In this document: positions 1-11,400 of the stretch, piece by piece | How positions within the stretch are numbered: position 1 is the first letter of the stretch | Layout: each line of letters opens with the position of its first letter | Origin: a virus | Length of the DNA stretch: 64,000 bases | Virus record (IMG/VR): IMGVR_UViG_3300037567_000704 | Location: 22,732-86,731 of that record | Direction: 5' to 3' (one strand) | The notes under the pieces: generated by a model | What the model saw: only the letters and a program-made list of their open reading frames with translations | Database searches by the model: none | What the model was told of the DNA's origin: nothing | Translations under genes and position numbers: made by a program

Positions 1-1961
1 GTGCCACCCTTCAATTCACCTGCTGCTGTGAGATTACGGAAAGATGCTATATCCTTGTTTGAGTCAACTACCACTGCCCTGCTTGCTGTTACAGTCCCAC
101 CTGCTGTGGTGATGCCATCGAGGACACCCAACTCAGCAGTTACGAGAGTTGTTGAGTCAAGAGTGAGAGAGGTATCTCCGGTAATCGTGCCCGAAACCGC
201 CAGACTGGTTCCAACAATAGCACCGCCAGTCAGAGTGCCAGATGTGGAAATGGTCCCTGAGCCTACATCTATTGAAGTGAAACCTGATGTAATCGAGCCA
301 GCATTAAGAGCGCCTACTGTGACAAGAGAACTCGCTGTCGTGCCATACCAAGTGGTCGAGGTCAGTTTTGTGGTTCCACCGAAACTGAGATGGCCACTGG
401 TGATATCCAAATCGTTCGAGAACGTCCAACCGTTACTGGTGTCGTATTGAAGACTGTGCAACGATGTTCCGGGAACATAGATACCTGAAGTATCAGCAGT
501 GGCTTCAGTAGTATTTGCAGAGGAATGCTGCATGGTAGCGCCAGAGCCTACCGTGCCTGAAGTGCCGTGTGAATCCACTACAAATGTGTTAGTCGCCACA
601 CTGCTTACCGCATACACGCCGTCTGCAATACTGTTACCCATGTTTGAGACATAGACGTATTCACCGTTACTGAAACCATGAGAGGTTGATGTAACGGTGA
701 CCACAGCGCTGGCTCTGGCATACGTGGCATCTTCCATTCCACCAGCGACACCAAGCACTATCGTCTTATCCTCAGCAACTATTGCTGTGCTGTTAATTAC
801 TGTCTGGTCTCCGCTTATAGTGAGATTTCCTGTTATCGTCACATTGTCTTGGAAAGTGACTTCCGAAGTGCCATGACCGATTGTAATCGCAACGCCGCTA
901 TTCGCAGTTCCTATCGAGACGCTGGTTGCTGAGTCGAGAGTCAGTGCCCCGGATGCATCCAAGTCAAATGTTGAGGCATCGAAATCAACAGCCACATCTG
1001 CATCGCCACCGATTGTGATAGAACCACCATCAAGCGTAAGTGCCCCTGCTGCGTCTAGGTCTATTGTCCCATCAGCAGTGATTGAGATGAGTCCATTGCC
1101 ATCGCCAGAATTAGATGCGTTAATGGTCATCGTTTTGTTACTGGCATTGGCAGCAGTCATCGTGAGGTTGGTTGTGTCAGTTGAGTCCATTGTTAGGGTA
1201 GCCCCGTTCAAATCGAGATTACCTGCCGCATTGATACTCAACAATCCTGCGTTGTTTGTGGAGATATACTCACCACCTCCTACATCATAGAAATGTAGTT
1301 TCGCACTCTGACCTATCAAACCAAGAGTTGTTGCAGAAGAATCCCAATGGAGATAATTACCAGAATTAGCACTGTAAGCCCTCAAATCTGCTACAGCGCC
1401 GCTATTGACCCCTCCTCGTCCAATCGCTAAACCTGTAGCCGCGCCGTAGGTTAAATCCAAATCACCCTCCATAGCAGTAGTCCCAGTCCATACACCAACT
1501 TGGTCTGCTGCTGGTGTCCCAGTAATTCCGACACTACCAGAGCCAGAAGTGGATGTGATGAGCAAGTCAGTCCTTCCAGACCCTGCATTTGTAGAGGACG
1601 CAAGAGTGATACCGCTACCCGCTAAGAAGCCGAAGCCATCATCTCTACCGGGGCCGTATTGTGTAGAGAACACCAATGTCGCTCCGCCACTTGATGCGGT
1701 TTTGGGAAACCTGCTAACTTCTATTGATGGTACTCCTGAACTGTAACTCACCACATAGGTTTCTGGATGCAAATGAGCAGAAGTAACTAACATGCCTACC
1801 GCAATAGCAGCATTAGCAGAATCTAGCGTGACTGTAAAGTCAGATATGGAAGTAGTGCAATCAGCGATAGACAAAGCGACTCCGTCTGAGCCACCCCCAA
1901 GATGCAAGTGCTGTAAGTTTCCACCGATTTTTGTGCCATCAGAGTATGCAGGTGCTGCCAT
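1..1961 (-). CDS. Tail fibre/adhesin-like protein, runs off the left edge (absent from the ORF track)
   Basis: ATG at 1961 with GGAGGTGATG SD at 1966-1975. Hand translation gives MAAPAYSDGTKIGGNLQHLHLGGG... It contains the fibre motif VTITGNLTISGDQTVINSTAIVAEDKTIVLG and a VTVTSTSHGFSNGEYVYV beta module. Plus-strand shadow ORFs keep one consistent frame. Confidence 0.8.
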   Translation of the reverse strand, partial: MAAPAYSDGTKIGGNLQHLHLGGGSDGVALSIADCTTSISDFTVTLDSANAAIAVGMLVTSAHLHPETYVVSYSSGVPSIEVSRFPKTASSGGATLVFSTQYGPGRDDGFGFLAGSGITLASSTNAGSGRTDLLITSTSGSGSVGITGTPAADQVGVWTGTTAMEGDLDLTYGAATGLAIGRGGVNSGAVADLRAYSANSGNYLHWDSSATTLGLIGQSAKLHFYDVGGGEYISTNNAGLLSINAAGNLDLNGATLTMDSTDTTNLTMTAANASNKTMTINASNSGDGNGLISITADGTIDLDAAGALTLDGGSITIGGDADVAVDFDASTFDLDASGALTLDSATSVSIGTANSGVAITIGHGTSEVTFQDNVTITGNLTISGDQTVINSTAIVAEDKTIVLGVAGGMEDATYARASAVVTVTSTSHGFSNGEYVYVSNMGNSIADGVYAVSSVATNTFVVDSHGTSGTVGSGATMQHSSANTTEATADTSGIYVPGTSLHSLQYDTSNGWTFSNDLDITSGHLSFGGTTKLTSTTWYGTTASSLVTVGALNAGSITSGFTSIDVGSGTISTSGTLTGGAIVGTSLAVSGTITGDTSLTLDSTTLVTAELGVLDGITTAGGTVTASRAVVVDSNKDIASFRNLTAAGELKGG

Positions 1962-1976
1962 TCTTCATCACCTCCA

Positions 1977-3812
1977 TCATGAATTGAGACACACAGGCAT
2001 GCTTATGCCATTCATATTCACACCAAACGTCGCAGTTCTGTCAGTGCTGGATTTTTCTGCGTATATGCAGAACCCTATTGAAAGATATTTGTCACTCCCA
2101 TCATTGTAGAGACCTGCACAGAACTCTCCGGGCGGGTAAGCATTCAGACTATTCGTGAATCTCGTGTTATCTGTTCTAAACTCGACAGTGTTGCCATCGT
2201 AACAAGCGTATAATTTCTGAGACAACCATCGTGTCCTTACATTAGTTGATGTTATTTTCTCTTGGAAACCACACTCAACCTCTACTGCGTGATACTTGTT
2301 GTTGGAACTGTTGTCCAGATTTATGTATGCAATAGTATGGACAGAACCTGCACCGATTGCTGCGGTCACCGTATTGGTATCACTTGCTCTGAAGTTGCTG
2401 TTCTCCATGTTTATAGAAGTCAATTTAGTTCCAGAAAGCGCTATGACAGATATGTCTTGGTATATTCCTCCATCCTCTTTTGCTCTGATGGTAGCAGTGC
2501 TATGTAAATCTATACCTGTTCCTGCACTTGCTTGCTCAGTAGTGCTGTTGAATCCTCCACCGGACACTGTGCCTGTGGCATCCATTTTTCCTGTGACATC
2601 TATTCCTCCTGTCCCTACGACAACTTTCGTATTGGAGTTATACTTCAGGTTGATAACACCATCAGCATCAATGTTTAGGGGTGCTAGAAGACTTCCAGCA
2701 GCATCCACGGTTGCGATAGTTGATGCACCATGAGTAGTAGAAGTAATACTAAGTGTATCTCCTGTTGTTGGTGTCATCACAATCGAGTCATCCGTGATAA
2801 CTGTAGAGCCAATAGTGAAATCAGTAGTCGCATCAATGGTCGTGCCAGAAATTGTCCCACCTACTAATGCCGTAGAAGTGATTGAGGTAGCAGCAGATAC
2901 AGTTCCAAGATTGGCACATGTAACACCAGAAGCAGTCCAAGCACCATCTATGGTTCCTTGCCAAGTTCCAGCATTGATGTCAGCAGTTGTAACTGTGCCA
3001 AGGTCTGCGATAGTAGTGCCTGCGAAAGTCGTGTTCCTACCGAAGGTGAGGGTTTCAACATTAGTATTGAACACCATCCAGTCGTTTGTTCCATCTGTAA
3101 TGCTTAGAGCGTCTGCCATAGCATCTCTGAGAGTAATCACTCCAGTGCCAGTATTAGCAGCACTGAAATCCACATTGAGACCAGCGGCGGCAGCATCAAC
3201 ACTGATACTATCTGCATTGATGTCTCCAGCATTGGTGATGTTTCCCTCAGTCAAAGTCAGACTTGTGAGTGTTCCAGAAGTACCTGTTAGCGCGGCAAAT
3301 GTGCCAGCACGAGCAGTATCAGCACCTATAATACCATCAATGTTAGTGCCAATTAAATCTGTAGCAGTAATTGAGGTTGCAGCAGACACAGTGCCTAAAT
3401 CAGCAATGATGGTCCCATTAAATGTGGAGCCTCGACCAAATGTTATCTGCTCACTACCGTTTGTAGTAACCAGTTTGATGTATGAATGGTCACCAGTCTT
3501 GATATCCAAACCAGCAGCGACATTGTCTTTCACCTTCAAAATCGTTGAGTCAGCGGTTAGGTCAATCGTGTCTGCATCAATGATGAGGTCTCCAGAACCA
3601 TTGGGTGATAATTTGAGATTTCCGTTGGTAGGTGAAGAAGATATTAATGAGATATTAGGTGACCCTGCTACAATGCTCAACAGAGGACCATCGGTTACTC
3701 CTATCGTCCCTGAAGAGACCACTACGTTTCCAGTAGTCACAGCAACGCTTGTAGCCGATGCAGTTCCATCAACTACAAGCCCTTTTCTTACACGAAAATC
3801 TTTCTCTGCCAT
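1977..3812 (-). CDS. Tail fibre / receptor-binding protein
   Basis: 611 aa, G/T/S/A-rich with beta repeats (ADLGTVSAATSIT-like x3). N-terminus MAEKDFRVRKGLVV resembles marine phage fibre N-termini. Distinct C-terminal globular domain. Confidence 0.7.
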   Translation of the reverse strand: MAEKDFRVRKGLVVDGTASATSVAVTTGNVVVSSGTIGVTDGPLLSIVAGSPNISLISSSPTNGNLKLSPNGSGDLIIDADTIDLTADSTILKVKDNVAAGLDIKTGDHSYIKLVTTNGSEQITFGRGSTFNGTIIADLGTVSAATSITATDLIGTNIDGIIGADTARAGTFAALTGTSGTLTSLTLTEGNITNAGDINADSISVDAAAAGLNVDFSAANTGTGVITLRDAMADALSITDGTNDWMVFNTNVETLTFGRNTTFAGTTIADLGTVTTADINAGTWQGTIDGAWTASGVTCANLGTVSAATSITSTALVGGTISGTTIDATTDFTIGSTVITDDSIVMTPTTGDTLSITSTTHGASTIATVDAAGSLLAPLNIDADGVINLKYNSNTKVVVGTGGIDVTGKMDATGTVSGGGFNSTTEQASAGTGIDLHSTATIRAKEDGGIYQDISVIALSGTKLTSINMENSNFRASDTNTVTAAIGAGSVHTIAYINLDNSSNNKYHAVEVECGFQEKITSTNVRTRWLSQKLYACYDGNTVEFRTDNTRFTNSLNAYPPGEFCAGLYNDGSDKYLSIGFCIYAEKSSTDRTATFGVNMNGISMPVCLNS

Positions 3813-3823
3813 TATTCATTCCT

Positions 3824-6649
3824 CTATATTTTCAATCCTATCCATGCTATCTCTGTTGCGAAGGTTTTGTTACCCCCGCCAATCTGTAAATAGGAAATTG
3901 TAAGGTTCACATTACCACCGGATATGCTTGCACCATATGTGGCGACTGTGTCGCCATCGTTAATGGTTCCGTATGTTGTGATAGCAGTATTACCTGTTGA
4001 GCCATTTGTGCTATCATGGATAACTAGAACTTTAGTAGCCTCAAATGCGGAATCATCTGTTGCTTTACTTGATACTAGAACTTCGATGGACCGGAACTGT
4101 GCTGGAGTGCAAATACTCACTGTTGTAGTGTTGTTACTTGTCCCTCCTGCGACTGATTTATGTTCATAACCAGAACCCCCAACTTGTAAAGAAACTAATG
4201 GTGTTGCTTGATTAATCCCGACCTTAGCAGGATTGGTGGTATCAGTGTCTACTACGAAGTCATCTGTGTTGATTACCACATCTGCAGAACCAGTTATCGT
4301 AGTAGCAGAAATACTACCACCAGACTGGTCTCCGCTTAGATTTCCGCTTAGATTGGCCACCATAGTTCCAACAGCACCACTCATGAGCCCACTGCTATCA
4401 GTCGCATCTGGTATGTAGGTCAATGATGGGACACTTGCACTGGTTGATTCATCCAAGACAAGAGCAGCAATCTTAGCGGCACTACCAGTATGCCAGTGCA
4501 TTTTGAGTCCCAAATCCTTAACAGCATCTGCTGAAGGAGCAGCGCCATCACTCAATCCTATTTCGATAAGAGGCTGGTCCACATTCAGAGTCTCAACAGA
4601 TATTGAACTGGATGCACCATTGATAGTCAAGTCACCAGTAATAGTCACATCACCAGCAAAAGTGCTTACTTGAGAAGAGTCAATTGTCAATGCTGTTGTA
4701 AGTGTTGAACCAGTATGCGTGCTTAGAATCAATTTGCCTTTGGTATCACTGGCCGCTCCATGATGACTTCCTTGGATAGATGCTAGAGAGGCATTTGTAT
4801 GGTCTTCGAACAGTATGTTGCTCTCAGCACCGCCCTCAGTGTTTTCATCAATACTATTTTTGAGAGTAATAGTCGGACCATCAGCGGTTATCTGCAATTG
4901 GGTTCCGGGAGTAGTGTCTCCGATGCCTAGTCTAGCCGCACCTCCTAGAATCAAATCGTCTTGGCTCTGGTCCCAGAGCATGTAGGCACTAGCAGTATCA
5001 CCGAAGAACTTGACATCATACCCTGTGCCATCAACACCCACAGTGATTGTTCCATCTACGTCTAATATTGATTGGACATAGAGTGTGTCTACAGAGGCAT
5101 CCCAATGGATGAACTTGGAAGCAGTATCTCCGAAAGCCTTGAAATCTACTCCGTAGTTATCTGCTCCTAGAATGAGTGAGCCGTTTGTCTGGTCATCATG
5201 GTCCCACTTCATACCTACATTGTTAGCAGTTGCCGAGTGTAGAAGCAAGTCAGCGCCATTACCTGAGGCTCCTACTTCGAGTGTTACACCATCGAACTTG
5301 AGAAGCGCTTCTGCTTCTAATTCTGTAACAGTATTACCTATGGTAACGAGTTCGTTCTCAGTGGCGTTATTGACCGCTGTGACTGCTCCCGTAGACGATG
5401 CACTTGACGTGAACACCTTCCTCCAAGCAGACGCAGTCTTAACGAATATGGCATTCTCTTGTGCAGGAACTGAATGATTCAGTCCAGTGCTATCGAATGC
5501 TATAGCATGTCCTCCAGAGTTATTCTCGTTTCTCACCATGACTAGATGCCCTATGGGAAAATCAGTGCTGCTGTTGTCTGGGTTGAGAAGAGTGCTGCCT
5601 TGTTGCGGTTGTAAGACAAATATGTTAGGACCATCGAAAGTGAAGTAATTGGTAGTAGTGGAGAGAGAATCATCTACATGCACCTTTTCTGGCCCGAAGC
5701 GCATGGTCTTACGGCTCCCTCCCTCTTTATACGACAGAAATAGGACATCATCTCCGATTGCTCCTAATCTGGTTCCACCTGCAGTTATCTTGTCTGTGGA
5801 GTGCGACATCCATATTGCTCCGAAGGGAGAGGCATTCAAATCTCCAGTCTGCCCTGCATGTAAGGATTGGAGGTCTGTGGCGCTATTGACTGAATTGGCT
5901 GATGTGTAACTACCGACTGCCCCTTTGGTGACAGGGGAGAGATACATCGGTGTGGGTCTCAGAAAAATCCTCTTGTCGTTGATTTCAGTTATGGTAATCT
6001 CAAGGTCATTGTCACTATGTGCAGAGCCATTGTGAATCGCTCTTATGGTGGCGATGACCACTGTCTGTTTGACAGAATTAGCGCTTGGACTCTTGAGATA
6101 GACACTTGGAGAGGATGGGTATGTTCCTGCAGCAACTGGTATCACATCGCTTTGTTCCCAATATATGTGTTCGACATCGCTATCCGTCTCGCTTGACAGA
6201 TAGACGGTGAAGAGGCATTCCTCATCAGAATCCACTGTAGCGACATTTCCCACCTTGCTCTCATTATCAGTGGTGGTTCCCGGCTTATTGTCTGTAAGAT
6301 TTATCGTGAAGGTGTTAGGATTAGCGCCGTTGTAGCCATTAGCAAACGCATAGAGAGCGCCGTCCAATACGACATATCCTCCCTTGATTGAAATCTGGTG
6401 TGCGCTTGCTCCCTTGGAAACAGCGCCAGATAAATTGTCTGGGTTTAGTCTGTTACCGCCACCTATGGCTGTGTCATCAAGCAATAGGATTCCGTTATCG
6501 TGAACTCCTTCCAGCATATTGGTCAATGAGGCTGACAGTATCTGGTCTCCGTCTTTTAGACCGTCTACTCCCCTTCCTTGATTAGCACTGTAAGCAGTGT
6601 TGTAGTTAGCAGTGGTGTGTCCTGAGAGTATGTTACTTGCATCTGCCAT
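3824..6649 (-). CDS. Tail fibre / baseplate-attached fibre protein
   Basis: 941 aa with repeats DFKAFGDTASKFIHWD / DVKFFGDTASAYMLWD and a GDVTITGDLTING motif. C-terminal FRSIEVLV...KVLVIHD...TYG...ASISGGNVNL domain is typical of marine phage fibres. Confidence 0.7.
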   Translation of the reverse strand: MADASNILSGHTTANYNTAYSANQGRGVDGLKDGDQILSASLTNMLEGVHDNGILLLDDTAIGGGNRLNPDNLSGAVSKGASAHQISIKGGYVVLDGALYAFANGYNGANPNTFTINLTDNKPGTTTDNESKVGNVATVDSDEECLFTVYLSSETDSDVEHIYWEQSDVIPVAAGTYPSSPSVYLKSPSANSVKQTVVIATIRAIHNGSAHSDNDLEITITEINDKRIFLRPTPMYLSPVTKGAVGSYTSANSVNSATDLQSLHAGQTGDLNASPFGAIWMSHSTDKITAGGTRLGAIGDDVLFLSYKEGGSRKTMRFGPEKVHVDDSLSTTTNYFTFDGPNIFVLQPQQGSTLLNPDNSSTDFPIGHLVMVRNENNSGGHAIAFDSTGLNHSVPAQENAIFVKTASAWRKVFTSSASSTGAVTAVNNATENELVTIGNTVTELEAEALLKFDGVTLEVGASGNGADLLLHSATANNVGMKWDHDDQTNGSLILGADNYGVDFKAFGDTASKFIHWDASVDTLYVQSILDVDGTITVGVDGTGYDVKFFGDTASAYMLWDQSQDDLILGGAARLGIGDTTPGTQLQITADGPTITLKNSIDENTEGGAESNILFEDHTNASLASIQGSHHGAASDTKGKLILSTHTGSTLTTALTIDSSQVSTFAGDVTITGDLTINGASSSISVETLNVDQPLIEIGLSDGAAPSADAVKDLGLKMHWHTGSAAKIAALVLDESTSASVPSLTYIPDATDSSGLMSGAVGTMVANLSGNLSGDQSGGSISATTITGSADVVINTDDFVVDTDTTNPAKVGINQATPLVSLQVGGSGYEHKSVAGGTSNNTTTVSICTPAQFRSIEVLVSSKATDDSAFEATKVLVIHDSTNGSTGNTAITTYGTINDGDTVATYGASISGGNVNLTISYLQIGGGNKTFATEIAWIGLKI

Positions 6650-6650
6650 T

Positions 6651-6995
6651 TCATCTCACCTCGATTAGGATTTGAATCTTCATCTCATTCCCACTGTTCT
6701 TAGTCACTGGCGCTATCACATGTCGAGACATTGGTGTGAAACTGTCGCTTCCCTTGAATTGCACGTATACCTCTTTCAACGTCTCTGAGAATGAATGCTC
6801 TGTCCCAAGCGTTCCTTCGACCAATAATGTGGAATCATCTATCACAGTCACAGTTGGGGTGATTGTAATAGCCGGACGACCAGCAGCACCATCGCTGGAT
6901 GTTGAAGGAGTCCCATCGAATCCCAACGTCATCTCATTGATGTTAGATGCTATGGTGTCCAACACCAATCTTCTCATGTGGTCACTTGCTGGCAT
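6651..6995 (-). CDS. Small baseplate / fibre-attachment protein
   Basis: 114 aa, beta-rich, translationally coupled, between the hub-like gene and the fibre genes. Confidence 0.45.
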   Translation of the reverse strand: MPASDHMRRLVLDTIASNINEMTLGFDGTPSTSSDGAAGRPAITITPTVTVIDDSTLLVEGTLGTEHSFSETLKEVYVQFKGSDSFTPMSRHVIAPVTKNSGNEMKIQILIEVR

Positions 6996-8428
6996 CAGTC
7001 TTCACCCTTGAAAGTCAATGTATGCAATTTGTTCACTCCTATCACATTGTTGAGGCTTCGCCCGATGGTTGCACTACCCGCAGCGGGGCCGATGAGGAAC
7101 TTCGTATTTTCTACTTCTACCGCTCTTACAGAGATGATAGGAATGATGTTTATCTGAATGAAGGAGAATAATGAGAGATTTTCCTCTGTGGTTTGGGAAA
7201 TCTTATCTGGGTTATGAGGTGCTGAAGAGGCAATCATTCCCTCACTTACCCCATGCAACACTCCCTCTATACCTTTCTGCACAGTTAAGAAATTGAAGTC
7301 TGACATTCTGGTAGTAAGGGTGTGTCTTGATTCGGTGATTAGTCTTTTCACCCCTTTATACAGAGCCACTTTACCCGGTCTCATGTCCCAAGTATCTGGA
7401 TGACCACTGCTCCTCAATGAACCTCTGTGTATAGCGTTGGATTTCAGAATCTGTCTTGCTACTCTCTTAGCATCTGCTTTGCTCTTCACAGTCGCATCGA
7501 AAATATTCGTGACGTTCTCTTGTATATCCAAATCAAATCTTCCTTGTTGTCTCTCGGAATCACTTACAGTTACGCTTGCTACTTCATTCAAGGATATGGA
7601 ATTTCCCACAACTGTTATCTTGTTCTCGGTGTTGTCTATCGGATTGGTCTCCTCGTTACCAGTTCTCCCGAACTCTGAGATTTCTCTACTTGCTTCTGTG
7701 AAAACTAACGGTGTGTATAACAGATTAGCGAACCTGTCGAAGTATACGATATTAGAATCGTGTCTCGATGTGAACTTCAATGCGGATATCAACGTCACCC
7801 CGTAAAAATCCTGAGCGAGGAACTTAGTCGTATGCTTTCTTCTTCCTTCATTGGTATTGCTTGGGCTTCTCAAACTACCGAGAGACACGGATGTCAGAGT
7901 CCCAACCATATCAGTTCCCAATTTCATAGCGAGGTCACTCGTTCTGAAACCCACATCTATAGGGTCACCTAGATGGACAGCGTCTCCCTTGAGCCCTATG
8001 TCATTCAAAGACCTCCCCTTCATGTTTCTGAGATTCATTTTCACTCCATCTGTGGAAGCCTCTATAGAACTGAATGTGAGCCTCTTGGTGATATCAGCAT
8101 CGTTGTAGAGTAGTATTGGCTTCTTAGATGTAGGAGAAAGTGCAGAGTTTTGGTAAAAGGGTGCAATCTTGCTTGTGTAACCGTGCCCCCTCTTGTGAGT
8201 CAATTGAACGAAACCGTCTCCTTCTACCAATTCATAAGCATTTTCACTGAAGACATTGTAAGTGGCGTTATTCCTATTTTCTATGGTGACTTTCTGCTTG
8301 TTAGAAGTCTGACTTGAAACAAGACCATGATGCACTGCGTTGTCTACAAAAACTGGTTGTCTCGCTTCAGTCATGATTTCAACTACATCGAAATCAAACT
8401 TTCCAGCGCTCGCCATCAATTTAGTCAT
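6995..8428 (-). CDS. Putative baseplate hub / tail-tip protein
   Basis: 477 aa. C-terminal pattern ADAKRVARQILK...DMRPGKV...ITESRH resembles hub/Tal-type proteins. Position and start/stop overlap fit. Confidence 0.45.
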   Translation of the reverse strand: MTKLMASAGKFDFDVVEIMTEARQPVFVDNAVHHGLVSSQTSNKQKVTIENRNNATYNVFSENAYELVEGDGFVQLTHKRGHGYTSKIAPFYQNSALSPTSKKPILLYNDADITKRLTFSSIEASTDGVKMNLRNMKGRSLNDIGLKGDAVHLGDPIDVGFRTSDLAMKLGTDMVGTLTSVSLGSLRSPSNTNEGRRKHTTKFLAQDFYGVTLISALKFTSRHDSNIVYFDRFANLLYTPLVFTEASREISEFGRTGNEETNPIDNTENKITVVGNSISLNEVASVTVSDSERQQGRFDLDIQENVTNIFDATVKSKADAKRVARQILKSNAIHRGSLRSSGHPDTWDMRPGKVALYKGVKRLITESRHTLTTRMSDFNFLTVQKGIEGVLHGVSEGMIASSAPHNPDKISQTTEENLSLFSFIQINIIPIISVRAVEVENTKFLIGPAAGSATIGRSLNNVIGVNKLHTLTFKGED

Positions 8429-11400
8429 GCGGCATCACCACTATGGTCGCTAACATTGAACGTCACATCACCTTTGTGCCCCTTCGGATGTAACGCTTGA
8501 CTAAATCTAGGCTTGACAGAAAAGTCCATTCTTTTGATTTCACTCTCGTTTTCTGCTATTTGTCTTCTTCGAGGTGCATCTGAACGATAGTGTTGTAGTG
8601 TGTTTTCACTCATCACCAAACGTGTTACTGGACTCGTAATAGTCGTCTTGTCAAACTTGTCTACTCCCACTACTTCTGTTCCCAGAATCTTAGGTCCTTG
8701 ACTGGTAGGGGTGATGGTGGAAGAACCTGAAGCCATGTAGAAGACTGGGACATATGGAGCATTAGTGTTTGGAGCCGCCGAACTTGGAAAATTATTGGAG
8801 GCGACTCTCGGAGTAGTCACTTCGTAGGTGTATATACCGTATTTTCCTCCTGCAGATGCTCTGAAATAATCAGTAGGGGTGTTAGTTCCTTTATTGACTG
8901 TGTTGTTGTATTGGGGAGTTCCTGAAATAGTAGCGGGTAGGGTTCTGAACATCTCTACATGATTCTTATCTAGTAATCTCACAGGTCTGAGTAGCCATTT
9001 GATGCTCTTATCACTCTGATTATTTTTGATTGTTGTTCTATTGAAATCAACATTTTGATATGGGTTAGTGGTTTTCACTGCTCCCGAAAGCCCGTCATAA
9101 CCCCAACCTGTATCATCGAAAGGATTCCCATAGTTCCTAGTTTCCAAAATATAGTTACCTCCCAAAGGGCTCATGTTGCTCGTATGACTGAATCTAAGAG
9201 CAGAGCGAGGTTGCACACCGAAGGCCAAACTGGTCAAGTCGAGATGCGCTAGAGTCTGTGACCCTCCTAGTAAGCACCCATGCAAGATGGTTCTCTGTCC
9301 TACATTGCGGTCAGTATGCAGGCTGTGGGCCTCTGTATTGATTGCGATATGGTCCTTCTCCACACTTTCCACATTATGTCCGTCTATGCCTATTCTTGGA
9401 CTGTTTCGGCTTACTGCGTCCTTGTGGGGACTTGTCCCGATTATCTCCTCAACCCTATCGCTCACCACAGCATCTGGTTTCAGTAACCCATGTTCGGAGA
9501 TTTCGAGCCTCGCACTGATTCCTCTTGGTATTTCATCGGCCTGTAACACATCGTTACGGGGGCGTAACAGCCCTGTTACGGCTGGTGGCTCTGCCGTGTT
9601 ACTGCTCAAAACTAACCCTGTAGTGTGTATTGGTTCAGAAAGTTCCGTCAGAATATCTTCATTGAATTGAATTGGATATCTGACTCCTCTACCGTTGCCC
9701 ATGTCTCCTATCCTCATGGAATGAGTCGGCGCAAAAACATCCACCATAGTGTTGGTATCAGTGTTATTTACAGCGTTTGACCTACCGCATAGCAATGGTG
9801 GTTCGTTGTCCAGATTTCCAGAAGAGTCAATGACTGGGGCGCTGATGCCGGTGAGAACCTCGTAGATTGGTTTACCATAATTCCAGATTCTAGCGTGAGG
9901 AGTTCTATTGTTGGCTCTATCGTATTCGTAGACATCACCACAGTCCCATGCTGGTCTGATGCCAAATCCACGTACTGGAGCACGCCTTACGTCCTCTCCA
10001 CGCTCATTGCCCCACCAATCCACCAAATAATACTGCGCGGCCTCAGCGAGGCTGTAAATGCCCTTTCCTGCGACCTCCCCCCACCAGTCCTTATTCATGT
10101 TAGAATTAGAGAGTAGAGTTCTGATAGGCGTTCCGAACGGTCTGGTCATTCTTCTGCCTTCGCTATACTTCACTTGCCATTCTGGTTTGTCGCAACCTAA
10201 CATGCCTGCGAAATTAGTCTGTCTCTCCATTACACCGACATAGGTAGTAGTGTAAGAAACGTTAGACTGCGAGCCAGTATCTCCACCAGCATAAGCCCAT
10301 GTCATGGCCTCATGTTGAACGAGTGGGCCAGATGCGTAATCAACAGTGAAATTATTATCAGAAGAAGCATCGTCCTCCAGTTTTCCTCTACCTGTGAGAA
10401 TACCCCAAGTCGGTTTGTTACAGGCTTGACGCACAGCGATACGCCACCCATACGGATATTTTCTGTTATCACCACTATAACCTGAGCCCATAGCCGTGAA
10501 AGTGATTCCAGAAGAGCCCTGAGCATAGTTTTCATCCAACCCGTCTTCATCATTCCAGAAGTAGAAATCGTTGGAAGCATACTTTCTGGGTATATTCCAT
10601 GATATGCTTGCTTGTGTGTATAGGTCAAGCCTACTTGTGAGAGGCCCACCACGACTACCACATGGCCAGAACTTGCTGAACATTATTTTCTGACTATCGA
10701 AATTAGTTCCACCCTGTGCTTCGTACCCAGAAAATGCATGAATTTCAGCACCAGTGGATGCAACACCATCTTTATCTTCTGGATTAGGACTCTTCATTCG
10801 GAAATCAAATGGACCTAAACTCATTGCATATACTGAATCCTGATAATGTATGGTCTCAAAATGTTCAGGCATGCAATTATACGGTTTCTTATCTACTGCT
10901 CTATCAGATGTTAGATTACCCCAAGTACGAGAACTGTCGGAATAGAAAGTATGTGGCCTACCTAGATTGTAATGCCAGAGACATAAGTATGCATCTGGAA
11001 TATGTAATGCAGTTGTATCTCTAGTCCCCTTCTCCACTTGTGGAAGAATCATGGTGAAAATGCTATTATTCGTATCAGTCATCACTTTCCCTGCTGATAG
11101 GTTGTTGTATGGATGTGTCAGTCTGAGCGTTGTTTCGACCGAAGCGGCGAGTAATGCTGTTAGTTTAGTCCAGAAAGAGCCAGAGACTGTAGTTGATGTA
11201 AACTTCTTAGGTTCATTGATAGTTCCTATTTGCAATCCATACCTTCTGGTGTATGGTAGAGTCTGTATGTTACCATCTGCGTCGGTAAATTCTAACAATT
11301 GACCATATTGTGGGGTTTCTGGAAATGCACTTGCATCATCTACTGTGATTTCTCTAGTCCCACTACTTTCTGCATGTATAGTTTTGACTATACACTTAGG

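Noticed and set aside
1-6649. Diversity-generating retroelement acting on the fibre genes
   Set aside because: No reverse transcriptase or template/variable repeat pair was seen in the window.
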